Shown here: one piece after another, positions 20,339-30,881 of the stretch
Numbering within the stretch: position 1 is the first letter of the stretch
Layout of the letters: each line of letters starts with the position of its first letter
DNA from: Candidatus Latescibacterota bacterium
Lineage (GTDB): Bacteria > Latescibacterota > UBA2968 > SICM01
Length of the DNA: 64,000 bases
Reading direction: 5' to 3'
Assembly (NCBI GenBank): GCA_965217865.1
Contig: CBDCJO010000001.1
Coordinates: 288,001 to 352,000 of the forward strand
The notes under the pieces: model-generated
The model's input: only the letters and a program-made list of their open reading frames with translations
Databases searched by the model: none
What the model was told of the DNA's origin: nothing
Position numbers and translations under genes: made by a program

Positions 20339-22336
20339 ATGAGTAACGTCGACCTGCACTGGATCGCGAACTATATCTGGGGGATCGCCGACGACGTCCT
20401 CCGAGACCTCTACGTCCGCGGCAAGTACCGGGACGTCATCCTGCCGATGACGGTGCTGCGCCGGCTGGACGCGGTGCTGGTGGATAGCAAGCCGAACGTG
20501 CTCGAGATGAAGGCGGTGCTCGACCAGACCGGCGTCGTCGAGCAGAACGTGGCCCTCCGGCAGGCGGCGGGACAGGCCTTCTACAACACCTCGAAGTTCA
20601 CCCTGCGCGACCTCCGGGCCCGCGCTAGCCGGCAGCAGCTCAGGGCCGACTTCGAGGCCTACCTCGACGGCTTCTCGCCCAACGTACAGGACATTCTCGA
20701 GAACTTCGAGTTCCGTAACCAGATCCCGCGGCTCTCGAAGGCCGACGCCTTAGGTACGCTCATCGAGAAGATCACCTCGCCGGACGTCAACCTCAGCCCC
20801 GCCCCGGTAAAGCACGCTGACGGCTCGGTCCGGTATCCCGGCCTCGACAACCACGGCATGGGCTCAATCTTCGAGGAGTTGGTCCGCCGCTTCAACGAGG
20901 AGAACAACGAGGAGGCGGGCGAGCACTGGACGCCGCGCGACGCCGTGCGGCTGATGGCGAAGCTCGTCTTCCTGCCGATCGCCGAGGAGATTAAGTCCGG
21001 CACCTACGTCCTCTACGACGGCGCCTGCGGCACCGGCGGGATGCTCACCGTCGCCGAGGAGACGCTGGGCCAGCTTGCGGCCGAGCGCGGCAAGGACGTC
21101 TCGACGCACCTGTTCGGCCAGGAGATCAACGCCGAGACCTACGCCATCTGCACGGCCGACCTGCTGCTCAAGGGCGAGGGCGAGGCGGCCGACAATATCG
21201 TCGGCGGCCCTGAGCACTCCACCCTCGCCAACGACGCCTTCCCGTCCCGCGAGTTCGACTTCATGCTCTCCAACCCGCCCTACGGCAAGAGCTGGAAGAC
21301 CGACCTGGAGCGCATGGGCGGCAAGAAGGATATGCGCGACCCGCGCTTCGTCATCGAGCACGCCGGCGATCCCGAGTACTCCCTGGTCACCCGCTCCAGC
21401 GACGGTCAGATGCTCTTCCTCGCCAACAAGCTCTCGAAGATGAAGCAGGACACGCCGCTCGGCAGCCGCATCGCCGAGGTGCACAACGGCAGTTCGCTGT
21501 TCACCGGCGATGCCGGCCAGGGCGAGAGCAACATCCGCCGCTGGATCATCGAGAACGACTGGCTGGAGGCGATCGTCGCCCTGCCGCTCAACATGTTCTA
21601 CAACACCGGCATCGCCACCTACATCTGGGTGCTCACCAACCGCAAGCCCGAGCACCGCAAGGGCAGGGTGCAGTTGATCGACGCCACGAAGTGGTACCGG
21701 CCGCTCCGCAAGAACCTCGGCAAGAAGAACTGCGAACTGGGCGAGGACGACACCGCCCGCATCTGCAACGCCTTCCTCGCCTTCGAGGAAACCGAGGAGA
21801 GCCGCATCTTCGACAACGCCGCGTTCGGCTACTGGAAGGTGACGGTCGAACGGCCGTTGCGCATCAAGGCCGCCGACCCGAACCGCGTCTACAAGGCGGC
21901 CGAGATCAAGGCGCTGAAGGAGACCGGCAAGCACAGCGAGGATGCGCCGCCGGTCCTCCGGAAGATCCACAAGCGCGGCACGGAGGCTGACCCGTTGCGT
22001 GGCCTGTTCGCGGCCAACGTTAACGGCCGGCCGGCTGTCGTGGAGTACGAGCCGGATACCGACCTGCGCGACACCGAGCAGATCCCGCTGCAGGAAGACG
22101 GCGGCATCGAGGCGTTCCTGCGGCGCGAGGTCCTGCCGTACGCGGCCGACGTCTGGTACCAGGCGGACAGTGTGAAGGTCGGCTACGAGATCAGCTTCAC
22201 ACGCTACTTCTACAAGCCGAAGCCGATGCGGACGCTGGCCGAAATTCGGGCGGATATTCTGGGGCTGGAGCAGGAGACGGAGGGGCTGCTGGCCGAGATC
22301 CTCGGCAGCGGCGAACAGCGGGAGACGACTACATGA
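20339..22336 (+). CDS. hsdM: Type I R-M methyltransferase subunit M
   Basis: IWGIADDVLR, AGEHWTPR, YDGACGTGGML, NPPYG (m6A motif IV), MFYNTGIATY. Confidence 0.95.
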   Translation: MSNVDLHWIANYIWGIADDVLRDLYVRGKYRDVILPMTVLRRLDAVLVDSKPNVLEMKAVLDQTGVVEQNVALRQAAGQAFYNTSKFTLRDLRARASRQQLRADFEAYLDGFSPNVQDILENFEFRNQIPRLSKADALGTLIEKITSPDVNLSPAPVKHADGSVRYPGLDNHGMGSIFEELVRRFNEENNEEAGEHWTPRDAVRLMAKLVFLPIAEEIKSGTYVLYDGACGTGGMLTVAEETLGQLAAERGKDVSTHLFGQEINAETYAICTADLLLKGEGEAADNIVGGPEHSTLANDAFPSREFDFMLSNPPYGKSWKTDLERMGGKKDMRDPRFVIEHAGDPEYSLVTRSSDGQMLFLANKLSKMKQDTPLGSRIAEVHNGSSLFTGDAGQGESNIRRWIIENDWLEAIVALPLNMFYNTGIATYIWVLTNRKPEHRKGRVQLIDATKWYRPLRKNLGKKNCELGEDDTARICNAFLAFEETEESRIFDNAAFGYWKVTVERPLRIKAADPNRVYKAAEIKALKETGKHSEDAPPVLRKIHKRGTEADPLRGLFAANVNGRPAVVEYEPDTDLRDTEQIPLQEDGGIEAFLRREVLPYAADVWYQADSVKVGYEISFTRYFYKPKPMRTLAEIRADILGLEQETEGLLAEILGSGEQRETTT

Positions 22337-22545
22337 CCGAGATCATCTTCGAAATCACCGAAGACGAAGTGGACGGCGGGTACTCGGCAAGCGCGCTCGG
22401 GCACGGCATTCACACCCAGGGCGAGTCTGTCGAGGAGATCCGCAGCAACGTCAAGAAGGCCGTCGACTGCTACTTCGACGACACCATGCCGCGACCGAAG
22501 TTGATCCGGTTGCACTTCGTGCGGGACGAGGTTCTCGTGGCATGA
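22333..22545 (+). CDS. hicB: HicB-like antitoxin
   Basis: EDEVDGGYSASALGHGIHTQGESVEEIRSNVKKAV; ATGA overlaps on both sides. Confidence 0.8.
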   Translation: MTEIIFEITEDEVDGGYSASALGHGIHTQGESVEEIRSNVKKAVDCYFDDTMPRPKLIRLHFVRDEVLVA

Positions 22546-22784
22546 AGTTGCCCCGCAACGTGCGCGGCGCGACGCTGCAAGCGTCGCTTCGACGTCTGGG
22601 GTACGACACCGTGCGACAGCGAGGCTCCCACGTGCGGATCACGACGCAGATCAACGGTGAACATCATGAGGTGATCCCGCTGCACACGCCGATCAGGGCA
22701 AAGACGCTGTCGAGCATCCTGAAGAGCGTTGCCCGGCACCACGAAATGACCGTCGAGGAGCTTCTGCGTGAACTCGACCTGTGA
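22542..22784 (+). CDS. hicA: HicA family mRNA-interferase toxin
   Basis: LRRLGY..VRQRGSHVRI...IPLH..I..KTLSSIL. Confidence 0.88.
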   Translation: MKLPRNVRGATLQASLRRLGYDTVRQRGSHVRITTQINGEHHEVIPLHTPIRAKTLSSILKSVARHHEMTVEELLRELDL

Positions 22785-24243
22785 ACTCGGCCGCCACGCG
22801 GTACGCGCACTCAAGCCGTACCCGGACTACACGGACTCCGGTGTGGAGTGGTTGGGGAAGGTGCCAGCGCATTGGGAGTTACTGAAGCTGCGGCATGTCT
22901 TGCGACGTCACACGGAGCGGGAGCGACCCGATCTTCCTCTGCTCTCCGTTGTTCGAGAGCAGGGGGTGATCTTGCGAGACACAACGAGTACCGACGAGAA
23001 CCACAACTACATTCCCGATGACCTAAGCAACTACAAGGTCGTGCGTGCCGGCCAGTTCGCCATGAACAAGATGAAGGCGTGGCAAGGCTCGTACGGTGTG
23101 TCATGCCACGATGGAATCGTAAGTCCGGCCTATTTTGTCTTCGACGTGTTGGGGTTAGAGGTCGATTTCTTCCACGCAGCCATTCGCTCTCGTGCATACG
23201 TTCCAGCATTCACGCGGGCATCCGACGGCGTGCGGATCGGTCAGTGGGACTTGGCAGAGGCACGGATGCGGGAGATCCAGTTTCTAGTGCCGCCCGCGGC
23301 TGAACAAGCCGCCATCGTCCGCTTCCTCGACCACGCCGACCGGCGCATCCGGCGCCACATCCGCGCCCAGCAGAAGCTGATCGCGCTGCTGGAGGAGCAG
23401 AAGCAGGCCATCATCCACCAGGCCGTTACGGGCCAGATTGACGTTCGCACCGGGAAGCCGTACCAGGCCTACAAGCCCTCCGGCGTGGAGTGGCTGGGGG
23501 ACGTGCCGGCGCATTGGCAAGTGAGACGGCTCCGTTACCTGATCAAGGGGAGGTTGACTTATGGTGCCAACGCTGCTGCAGAACACACCGACCCAGCGTG
23601 GCCTCGTTATTTGCGGATAACTGACTTTTCGAAGAACGGGACACTACGGAAAGATACCTTCCGTTCCCTCCCGCCGCAAACAGCGAAGGACTATCTTGTG
23701 GAACCAGGCGACGTGCTACTCGCACGAAGCGGGGCGACTGTGGGTAAGGCGTTTCTGGTAGAAGAGGCGGCCGGGGTTGCGTGTCATGCTGGCTACCTGA
23801 TCCGAGTCCGGCTCAACCGTTCGATCCTGCACCCGGCCTTCTTCTTTGCGTTCACTCAAAGTGCGGCGTTTGCCATGTGGAAGGATGCCACCTTTATAAT
23901 CGCCACAATCCAAAACATTGGAGCTGACAGATACGCTGACCTGTCAGTCCCTGTTCCTCCAATCTCGGAACAAGAGCTTCTACTGCGCTTCTTGGATGAG
24001 TCCACGGCGGATATTGATCGTGCGGTGGAACGCGCCGAGGTTGAGATGGCTCTTCTCCGTGAATACCGCACTCGCCTAATCACCGATGTGGTCACCGGGA
24101 AGCTCGACGTGCGGGAGGTGGCGGCACGACTCCCTGACGAGGTCGAGGAACTGGAGCCGCTCGACGAGGCGGATGCCTTGATCGACGGCGAGGAAGAGCC
24201 CTCCGACGATCTCGACGCTGTGCCCGAGGAGGTCGAGGTGTGA
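22768..24243 (+). CDS. hsdS: Type I R-M specificity subunit
   Basis: Two conserved KPY..Y..SGVEWLG.VPAHW repeats, PP..EQ..I..FLD, two variable TRDs, VTGKLDVR. Confidence 0.93.
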   Translation: MNSTCELGRHAVRALKPYPDYTDSGVEWLGKVPAHWELLKLRHVLRRHTERERPDLPLLSVVREQGVILRDTTSTDENHNYIPDDLSNYKVVRAGQFAMNKMKAWQGSYGVSCHDGIVSPAYFVFDVLGLEVDFFHAAIRSRAYVPAFTRASDGVRIGQWDLAEARMREIQFLVPPAAEQAAIVRFLDHADRRIRRHIRAQQKLIALLEEQKQAIIHQAVTGQIDVRTGKPYQAYKPSGVEWLGDVPAHWQVRRLRYLIKGRLTYGANAAAEHTDPAWPRYLRITDFSKNGTLRKDTFRSLPPQTAKDYLVEPGDVLLARSGATVGKAFLVEEAAGVACHAGYLIRVRLNRSILHPAFFFAFTQSAAFAMWKDATFIIATIQNIGADRYADLSVPVPPISEQELLLRFLDESTADIDRAVERAEVEMALLREYRTRLITDVVTGKLDVREVAARLPDEVEELEPLDEADALIDGEEEPSDDLDAVPEEVEV

Positions 24244-27239
24244 CGACCGACACCTCCGAACGCGGCCTCGAACGGCTGATCTGCACGGCGCTGGCCGGGC
24301 ATGCCTGTGATCCGCCGCAGGCGGGGCAGGTCTCGGAGCCGCACGTGGGTTACGGCGGCGTGGGGTGGAGCGGTGGCAGTTCGCACGACTACGACCGCGA
24401 GTTTTGTGTCGACCGCGTTCAGCTTACCGCGTTCCTGCGCGCGACCCAACCGGAGGCGGCCGAGTCGCTGGCGCTGGACGAGGACGGTCCGATGCGGCGC
24501 AAGTTCTTGGCGCGGCTGCAGGGCGAGATCGCCAAGCGCGGCACCATCGACGTGCTGCGCCACGGCCTCAGGCACGGCGCGCACGACCTGGACATCTTCT
24601 ACGGTACTCCGTCACCAGGGAACGTGCAGTCGCAGCAGCGCTTCGAGCAGAACCGCTTCACCGTCGTCCGGCAGCTTCGCTACAGCCGCGACGACATCCA
24701 ACGGGCGCTCGACATCGGCCTCTTCATCAACGGCCTGCCGGTCTTCACGTTCGAGCTGAAGAACAGCCTCACCAAGCAGACCGTTAACGATGCGGTGTGG
24801 CAGTACCAGAAGGACCGCAACCCCCGCGAGAAGCTGTTTGAGTTCGGCCGCTGCGTGGCCCACTTCGCGGTGGACGAGAGCGACGTGCGCTTCTGCACCC
24901 ACATCAAGGGGAAGGCGTCCTGGTTCCTGCCGTTCAACCGGGGCTGGAACGACGGCGCCGGTAATCCGCCCAACCCGAGCGGCATCAAGACCGACTACCT
25001 GTGGCGCGAGGTACTGACTCGCGAGAGCCTGACCGACATCCTGGAGAACTACGCCCAGGTGGTGGAGGCGAAGGACGAGAAGACCGGCAAGAAAAAGCGG
25101 ACGCAGATTTGGCCGCGCTACCAACAGCTCGACGTGGTGCGCCGGCTGCTGGCCGACGCCGCGACGCACGGGGCTGGCCGGCGCTACCTGATCCAGCACT
25201 CGGCGGGCAGCGGGAAGAGCAACTCCATCGCTTGGCTGGCCCACCAACTGATCGGACTCGCGAAGGACGACGCTTCGACCTTCGACTCGATCATCGTGGT
25301 CACCGACAGGCGCATCCTCGACCGGCAGATCCGCGACACCATCAAGCAGTACGCCCAGGTCGGCGCGACGGTGGGGCACGCGGAGCGCTCCGGAGACCTG
25401 CACCGGTTCATCGAGGCCGGCAAGAAGATCATCATCTCGACGGTTCAGAAGTTCCCCTTCATCCTCGACGAGATCGGCAACGAGCAGCGCGGGCAGCGCT
25501 TCGCCATCATTATCGACGAGGCGCACTCCAGCCAGGGTGGGCGCACCTCGGCGTCCATCTCGGCCGCGCTTGGGACAGCCGGTGAAGAGGCCGAGGAGGA
25601 GACCACCGAGGACCACATCAACCGCCTGATGGAGTCGCGCAAGCTGCTCCCGAACGCCAGCTACTTCGCGTTCACCGCCACCCCGAAGAACAAGACGCTG
25701 GAGATCTTCGGCGCGCCGGACCCGCAGCCCGGCGGCGCGGTCAGGCACCACGCCTTCCACAGCTACACCATGAAGCAGGCAATCCAGGAGGGGTTCATCC
25801 TGGACGTGCTGGCGCACTACACGCCGGTGGCCAGCTACTACCGGCTTGCCAAAACGGTGGAGGACGACCCGGAGTTCGACGTCAAGAAGGCGCAGAAGAA
25901 GCTGCGGCGCTTCGTCGAGGGCCACGACCACGCGATCCGCCTCAAGGCCGAGATCATGGTCGACCACTTCCACGAGCAGGTCATCGCCAAGAACAAGATC
26001 GGCGGCGAGGCGCGGGCGATGGTGGTCACCAACGGCATCGAGCGCACGATCCAGTACTTCCACGCCATCCGCGACTACCTGCAGGAGCGCAAGAGCCAGT
26101 ACCGGGCCATCGTGGCCTTCTCCGGCGAGCCCGAGTTCGGCGGCGAGAAGGTGACCGAGGCGTCGCTGAACGGCTTTCCGTCCGGCCAGATCGCCGACAA
26201 GATCCAGCAGGATCCGTACCGCTTCCTGATCTGCGTCGACAAGTTCCAGACCGGCTACGACGAGCCGTTGCTGCACACGATGTACGTGGACAAGACGCTG
26301 TCTGGCATCAAGGCGGTGCAGACCCTGTCGCGCCTCAACCGGGCGCATCCGAAGAAGCACGATGTCTTCGTGCTGGACTTCCTCAACGACGCCGACACCA
26401 TCCGCGATGCCTTCACCGACTACTACCGCGCGACGATCCTCGCCAGCGAGACCAATCCAGACAAGCTCCACGACCTGCAGGCGGACCTGGATGCCGCCCA
26501 GGTCTACTCACCCGAGCAGATCGACGACTTCGTCGAGCGCTACCTCGACGGGGCCGAGCGCGACCAATTGGATCCGATCCTCGACGCCTGCGTGGCGGTC
26601 TATCGGAAAGACCTGGACGAGGACGGGCAGGTGGACTTCAAGGGCAAGGCCAAGGCATTCGCGCGGACCTACGGCTTCCTGTCGTGCGTCCTGCCCTACA
26701 CGAACGCCGCGTGGGAGAAGCGCTCGATCTTCCTGAACTTCCTGATCTCGAAGCTGCCGGCGCCCAAGGAGGAGGACCTCTCCAAGGGCATCCTCGACGC
26801 CATCGACATGGACAGCTATCGGGTCGAGAAGCGCGCGGTGCAGCAGATCCTGCTGCCCGACGAGAATGCCGAGATCGCACCCGTGCCACCGAGCGGCGGC
26901 GGCCACGTGCCGGAGCCGGAGCTGGAGCGGCTCTCGAGCATCTTGAGAGAGTTCAATGATCTGTTCGGTGCCATCGCGTGGCAGGACACCGACCGTGTGA
27001 AGGAGATGATCACGGAGACCATTCCTTTTCGAGTAGCCCAGGACGCTGCGTTCAAGAACGCTCGCCAGAACTCCGATCAGGACAATGCTCGCATTGAGCA
27101 CGGCAAGGCGCTCACTCGTGTCATGACGGCGCTAATCAAGGATGATGCCGAACTGTTCAAGCAATTCATGGACAACGACAGCTTCAAGCGTTGGATGACT
27201 GAGACCGTGTTCGGCTTGGCCTGTAAGCAGGCCAGTTGA
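24240..27239 (+). CDS. hsdR: Type I R-M restriction subunit R
   Basis: ELKN nuclease motif, HSAGSGKS Walker A, DEAH box, FTATP, FQTGYD, QTLSRLNR. Confidence 0.95.
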   Translation: MTTDTSERGLERLICTALAGHACDPPQAGQVSEPHVGYGGVGWSGGSSHDYDREFCVDRVQLTAFLRATQPEAAESLALDEDGPMRRKFLARLQGEIAKRGTIDVLRHGLRHGAHDLDIFYGTPSPGNVQSQQRFEQNRFTVVRQLRYSRDDIQRALDIGLFINGLPVFTFELKNSLTKQTVNDAVWQYQKDRNPREKLFEFGRCVAHFAVDESDVRFCTHIKGKASWFLPFNRGWNDGAGNPPNPSGIKTDYLWREVLTRESLTDILENYAQVVEAKDEKTGKKKRTQIWPRYQQLDVVRRLLADAATHGAGRRYLIQHSAGSGKSNSIAWLAHQLIGLAKDDASTFDSIIVVTDRRILDRQIRDTIKQYAQVGATVGHAERSGDLHRFIEAGKKIIISTVQKFPFILDEIGNEQRGQRFAIIIDEAHSSQGGRTSASISAALGTAGEEAEEETTEDHINRLMESRKLLPNASYFAFTATPKNKTLEIFGAPDPQPGGAVRHHAFHSYTMKQAIQEGFILDVLAHYTPVASYYRLAKTVEDDPEFDVKKAQKKLRRFVEGHDHAIRLKAEIMVDHFHEQVIAKNKIGGEARAMVVTNGIERTIQYFHAIRDYLQERKSQYRAIVAFSGEPEFGGEKVTEASLNGFPSGQIADKIQQDPYRFLICVDKFQTGYDEPLLHTMYVDKTLSGIKAVQTLSRLNRAHPKKHDVFVLDFLNDADTIRDAFTDYYRATILASETNPDKLHDLQADLDAAQVYSPEQIDDFVERYLDGAERDQLDPILDACVAVYRKDLDEDGQVDFKGKAKAFARTYGFLSCVLPYTNAAWEKRSIFLNFLISKLPAPKEEDLSKGILDAIDMDSYRVEKRAVQQILLPDENAEIAPVPPSGGGHVPEPELERLSSILREFNDLFGAIAWQDTDRVKEMITETIPFRVAQDAAFKNARQNSDQDNARIEHGKALTRVMTALIKDDAELFKQFMDNDSFKRWMTETVFGLACKQAS

Positions 27240-27486
27240 CGGCTGGCCGTGCGGGATGCCTCAGTGCTGGCTGTGATGCGACGTTTGGCTACCGAAATAC
27301 CACCGCTACGGGTATCGTCGGATTCGGGCGTAGCCGATCAGCATGTGTCGTAAACGGCCGTTTGCGACACACGGGCGAAGACCCCTTCCGGTACGCGCCG
27401 CCGTGTGTCGTATCCCGTGTCTGATTCTATGTCTTGCAGACGTCGAGCGCGTGTGCCAGTGCCGTGCGCCGAACGCGCCCTGCGCC

Positions 27487-27581
27487 ATGGATCTCCACGC
27501 GGGGAACGTTCTGAGCGCACAGCGAGAGCCATGGCTCGTGATCGACCCGAAGCCTTTCGTCGGAGACCGTGCCTACGACGC
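27487..27581 (+). pseudogene. Aminoglycoside phosphotransferase (APH(6)-like) fragment
   Basis: DLHAGNVLSAQREPWLVIDPKPFVGDRAYDA. Confidence 0.65.
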
Positions 27582-27730
27582 ATCGTCCGGATTTTCTCAT
27601 CCGGCTCACGTCGGGTGCCATGTTGGTATTGAAAACCAAGGGCCAGGACACCGATCAAGACCGAACCAAGCGCCGGTTCCTCCAGGAATGGGTCACCGCC
27701 ATCAACGCCCATGGCGGCTTCGGTCGCTGA
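27582..27730 (+). pseudogene. Type III restriction (Res) subunit C-terminal fragment
   Basis: RPDFLIRL..GAMLVLKTKGQDTDQDRTKRRFLQEWVTAINAHGGFGR*. Confidence 0.65.
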
Positions 27731-27809
27731 ATCACGTGCGTATTGGCGTTTCCCTCGGCCCCGAACCGACCGAACGTGGAGTGACTCTTCCGACAAGGAG
27801 TGACCATCG

Positions 27810-29522
27810 ATGGGCAAGGCTGAAGCGAGTGTCGAAGAGCTAGTCGGGATGATTGAGCGCGGCGAGCTGCGCTTGCCCGAGATGCAGCGCCGCTACGTCT
27901 GGCGATCGACGCGCGTTCGTGACTTGTTCGATTCGCTGTATCGCGGCTATCCGTCCGGCGCGATTCTGCTCTGGGAGACGGACGAGTCGGTTCCGTTGCA
28001 GGAGTTCGCGATCGAGCAGGAAGGGAACCCCTACCAGAGCACACGCCTGCTTCTGGATGGACAGCAGCGCCTCACCGCCCTTTCGGCCGTGATTCGGGGC
28101 AAACCAGTCGTCGTCCGCAGGCGTCGGAAACCGATTGAGCTGCTCTTCAATCTAGAGCATCCCGAAGGTCTAACCGTTGTGACCGAGGTGAACGAAGACG
28201 GACCAGACGAGGAAGAGGAGGAGCAGGAGCTGATCGCGGATGAGGTCGATTCAAGCGAGGACGAGCTTCAAAAGCGCTTCAATCGCATGACCTTCGTGGT
28301 CGCAACCAAGAAGCTTTACCAGCTCGAGCAATGGGTGAAGGTTTCCGAAGTCTTCAAGAGCGACAGTGACCGTCCGTTCTTGAAGCGCGCAGGTATCACG
28401 GATCTGGACGATCCCCGTGGGGAGAAGTACAGCCAGCGCCTCGCCCGGCTGCGCGCCATCCGCAAGTACATGTACCGGATGGACGTTCTGGAGCGCTCAC
28501 TGTCGTACGACGAAGTTACCGAGATCTTCGTGCGAGTGAACTCGCTTGGCGCCAAACTGCGCAGCTCCGATCTCGCGCTGGCGCAGATCACCGCCAAGTG
28601 GCACGGCGCACTGAAGACCTTTCAGGGCTTTCAGGAACAGTGTGCCAAGGCCGGCTTCGACCTCGATCTCGGCCTCCACCTCAAGAACCTGGTGGCTTTC
28701 GCCACAGGGCGGTCACGGTTCCTCACGGTGGGCAGTCTTCCGGTTGAAACACTGCGACGAGCCTGGAAGGAGTGTGTTCCAGGAATGGAGTTCGCCCTCA
28801 ACTTTCTCACTAGCAACGCGGGTCTCAACAGCCCGGCACTGCTGTCGTCCCCGTTCCTACTCGTCGCGCTCGGCTACTTCGCCTACAAGCGTCAGTACCA
28901 GATCGAAGCCAAGGAAGCAGAGCGACTCCGCTATTGGGTGCTTGTCGCGAACGCGAAGGGGCGTTATTCACGCGGATCAAGTGAAACACTCCTCGACCAA
29001 GACCTTGCGACCGTGCGTCAGGGTGGCGGCGCAGTCGAACTCATCAACCGCCTCAGGCTGCAGGTCGGGCGGCTCGACATCGCTCCCGAAGAACTTGAAG
29101 GGCGAAACCAGCGCAGCGCCCTCTTCAAGACGATGTTCCTGGCATTTCGGGATGCCGGGGCTCGCGATTGGCACTCGAATCTGGCCATCGCGTTGGGACA
29201 TCGTGGCTCGCAACACCGCCTCCAGTTCCACCATGTATTCCCGAAGGCCGTGCTGAAGAGCCGTTACACTGCGCGCGAGGCTGACGACATCGCCAATCTC
29301 GCCTTCATCGGCGGCAAGACCAATCGCCAGCTCCGCGAGAAGCCCCCCGGTCAGTATTTCCCGACGCTACTCGGAAAGTCAGGATCGGCAGCGTTCGAGA
29401 TTCAGTGCATGCCCACTGACGCCGCTCTCCTTGAAGTCGAAGCCTACAAGAGCTTCCTCGCGGAGCGGCGAAAGCGCATCGCTGCGCGTTTGAACGAATT
29501 CATCGGAAACGCGCAGACATAA
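27810..29522 (+). CDS. GmrSD-like DUF262 + HNH (DUF1524-like) modification-dependent restriction protein
   Basis: LPEMQRRYVW, LLDGQQRLT, IFVRVNS.G; C-terminal HHVFPK...IANL...N. Confidence 0.88.
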   Translation: MGKAEASVEELVGMIERGELRLPEMQRRYVWRSTRVRDLFDSLYRGYPSGAILLWETDESVPLQEFAIEQEGNPYQSTRLLLDGQQRLTALSAVIRGKPVVVRRRRKPIELLFNLEHPEGLTVVTEVNEDGPDEEEEEQELIADEVDSSEDELQKRFNRMTFVVATKKLYQLEQWVKVSEVFKSDSDRPFLKRAGITDLDDPRGEKYSQRLARLRAIRKYMYRMDVLERSLSYDEVTEIFVRVNSLGAKLRSSDLALAQITAKWHGALKTFQGFQEQCAKAGFDLDLGLHLKNLVAFATGRSRFLTVGSLPVETLRRAWKECVPGMEFALNFLTSNAGLNSPALLSSPFLLVALGYFAYKRQYQIEAKEAERLRYWVLVANAKGRYSRGSSETLLDQDLATVRQGGGAVELINRLRLQVGRLDIAPEELEGRNQRSALFKTMFLAFRDAGARDWHSNLAIALGHRGSQHRLQFHHVFPKAVLKSRYTAREADDIANLAFIGGKTNRQLREKPPGQYFPTLLGKSGSAAFEIQCMPTDAALLEVEAYKSFLAERRKRIAARLNEFIGNAQT

Positions 29523-29569
29523 TGACGGCAGAACGAGTTTGATGCTCATCGACATGTCGCCGTGTTCCG

Positions 29570-29692
29570 TATCTCTAGGGCTGGTATTTAAGGACGCCAA
29601 ACAGATGGCAAAAATACGTTTCTGAGATTGCCGGGCGCTTCGGATACTTCCCAGCCAGCAAACCGGCATTGGTCGGCACAGAGGGGATACAA
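29570..29692 (+). pseudogene. 3' fragment of a paralog of 34687-35979
   Basis: GWYLRTP.RWQKYV.E.A.RFGYFPASKPAL aligns to 35760-35887. Confidence 0.75.
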
Positions 29693-29991
29693 TAATCGTC
29701 CACAGGGCATCGGATTCTCTCCGTGTGTGACTTTATTCAGGAATCCGGGCAATAATGCGGAACCTTCAGAAAAGCGACCGTGGGGGGGACAGTGGAGCGG
29801 GACAGTGGAATTGCAACAATGGAGTGCGACAGCCACACGAATAGGGGGGGATTCAGGGAGTTCCTTCAAGATGTTGTCTAATGCGGGGAGTTCCTTCAGT
29901 GCCTTCAGGTCGAACGTGGGGAGGGGGAAGTCCTTCCAGGGATCATCGAGCATCTTCTCCCTCACGAGCTTGAGTTTCAGCTTCCTTCGGC

Positions 29992-30881
29992 GCAGACTCT
30001 TCGGCCACATCTGGTCGATGGTCTGGATAAGCCCATCGGCTCCGTCGGTCGTGACGAACAGGGGTGCCGGTAAACCACGCCGGTCGAGATCCCGGACGAA
30101 CTCAAGCCATGCCTCGCCGCTTTCTTTGCTGCCCAGACCCAGGGAGACCAGAACTTTCCGGCCGTCCAGTGTGATGCCCCAGGCGCACAGCACGGCCTCC
30201 CGGGTGATGCCGTGGGTACGAAGCGGCTCGTACAGGCCGTCCAGGAACAGGCACAGGAGAGGAAAGTCGCTGAGATCGCGTTCCTGGAAGGCCTGGTATT
30301 GTTCCCAAAGGACTTCGGTGACTTCGCTGACCTTGCTGCGGCTAAGCAGGCAACGCCCCTGCTCATCAGTGAAGGCGTCCTCGATGTCCCGGGTAGACAG
30401 TCCACGCGCGTACATCTCGGTTGCCAGGCGCTGCACCATCCCTGAGTCACCGCGCAGAAGAATCGTAAAGGCTGCACCGGTAGGGCTCCTCTGGATCCCT
30501 GACCTGAGGAATCGCGACCTCGAGGCGGCCTTCGGCAGTATCCAGATAGCCCGGCTCATAGCCGCTACGGTAGCCTCGACGACCTTCACCGCGTTTATAC
30601 CGATCGACACCCAGGTGGTCCCGCTGATGCGCCTCAAAACCCTCCTGGCAGATCAGCCGGGTGGACAACTGAACTAGCTGAGTCAACGCCTCCTGGGCGC
30701 TCTCGACATCCTGGAGTCCTTCGATGAACTCCTTCAATTCCTTGCGCAATCTATCACTCGGAGCTATCTTCTTCATACGGCGTGACTCCTTCCTTTTGCC
30801 CACTCGGGGCGTCGAGGTTTTTGGGGACCTCTGGAAGATAGCTCACGCCGCTTCTTTTTGCAGGAAATCTAAGACATTACC
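29992..30881 (-). mobile_element. IS256-family element; transposase (start 30776) frameshifted and 3'-truncated
   Basis: GYRSGY, IPQVRD, MYARGLSTRDI, LFLDG, GSKES..W and TDG motifs; terminal GGTAATGTCTTAGATTTCCTGCAAAA at 30856-30881. Confidence 0.9.

Noticed and set aside
24612-26471. 619-aa minus-strand ORF (also 20864-21970, 1511-2719, 43299-44411)
   Set aside because: Antisense shadows of GC-rich genes with clear motifs on the other strand
29588-30677. Two 349-aa ORFs on opposite strands
   Set aside because: Chimeric read-through of a broken IS256 transposase into adjacent repeats, plus its antisense shadow
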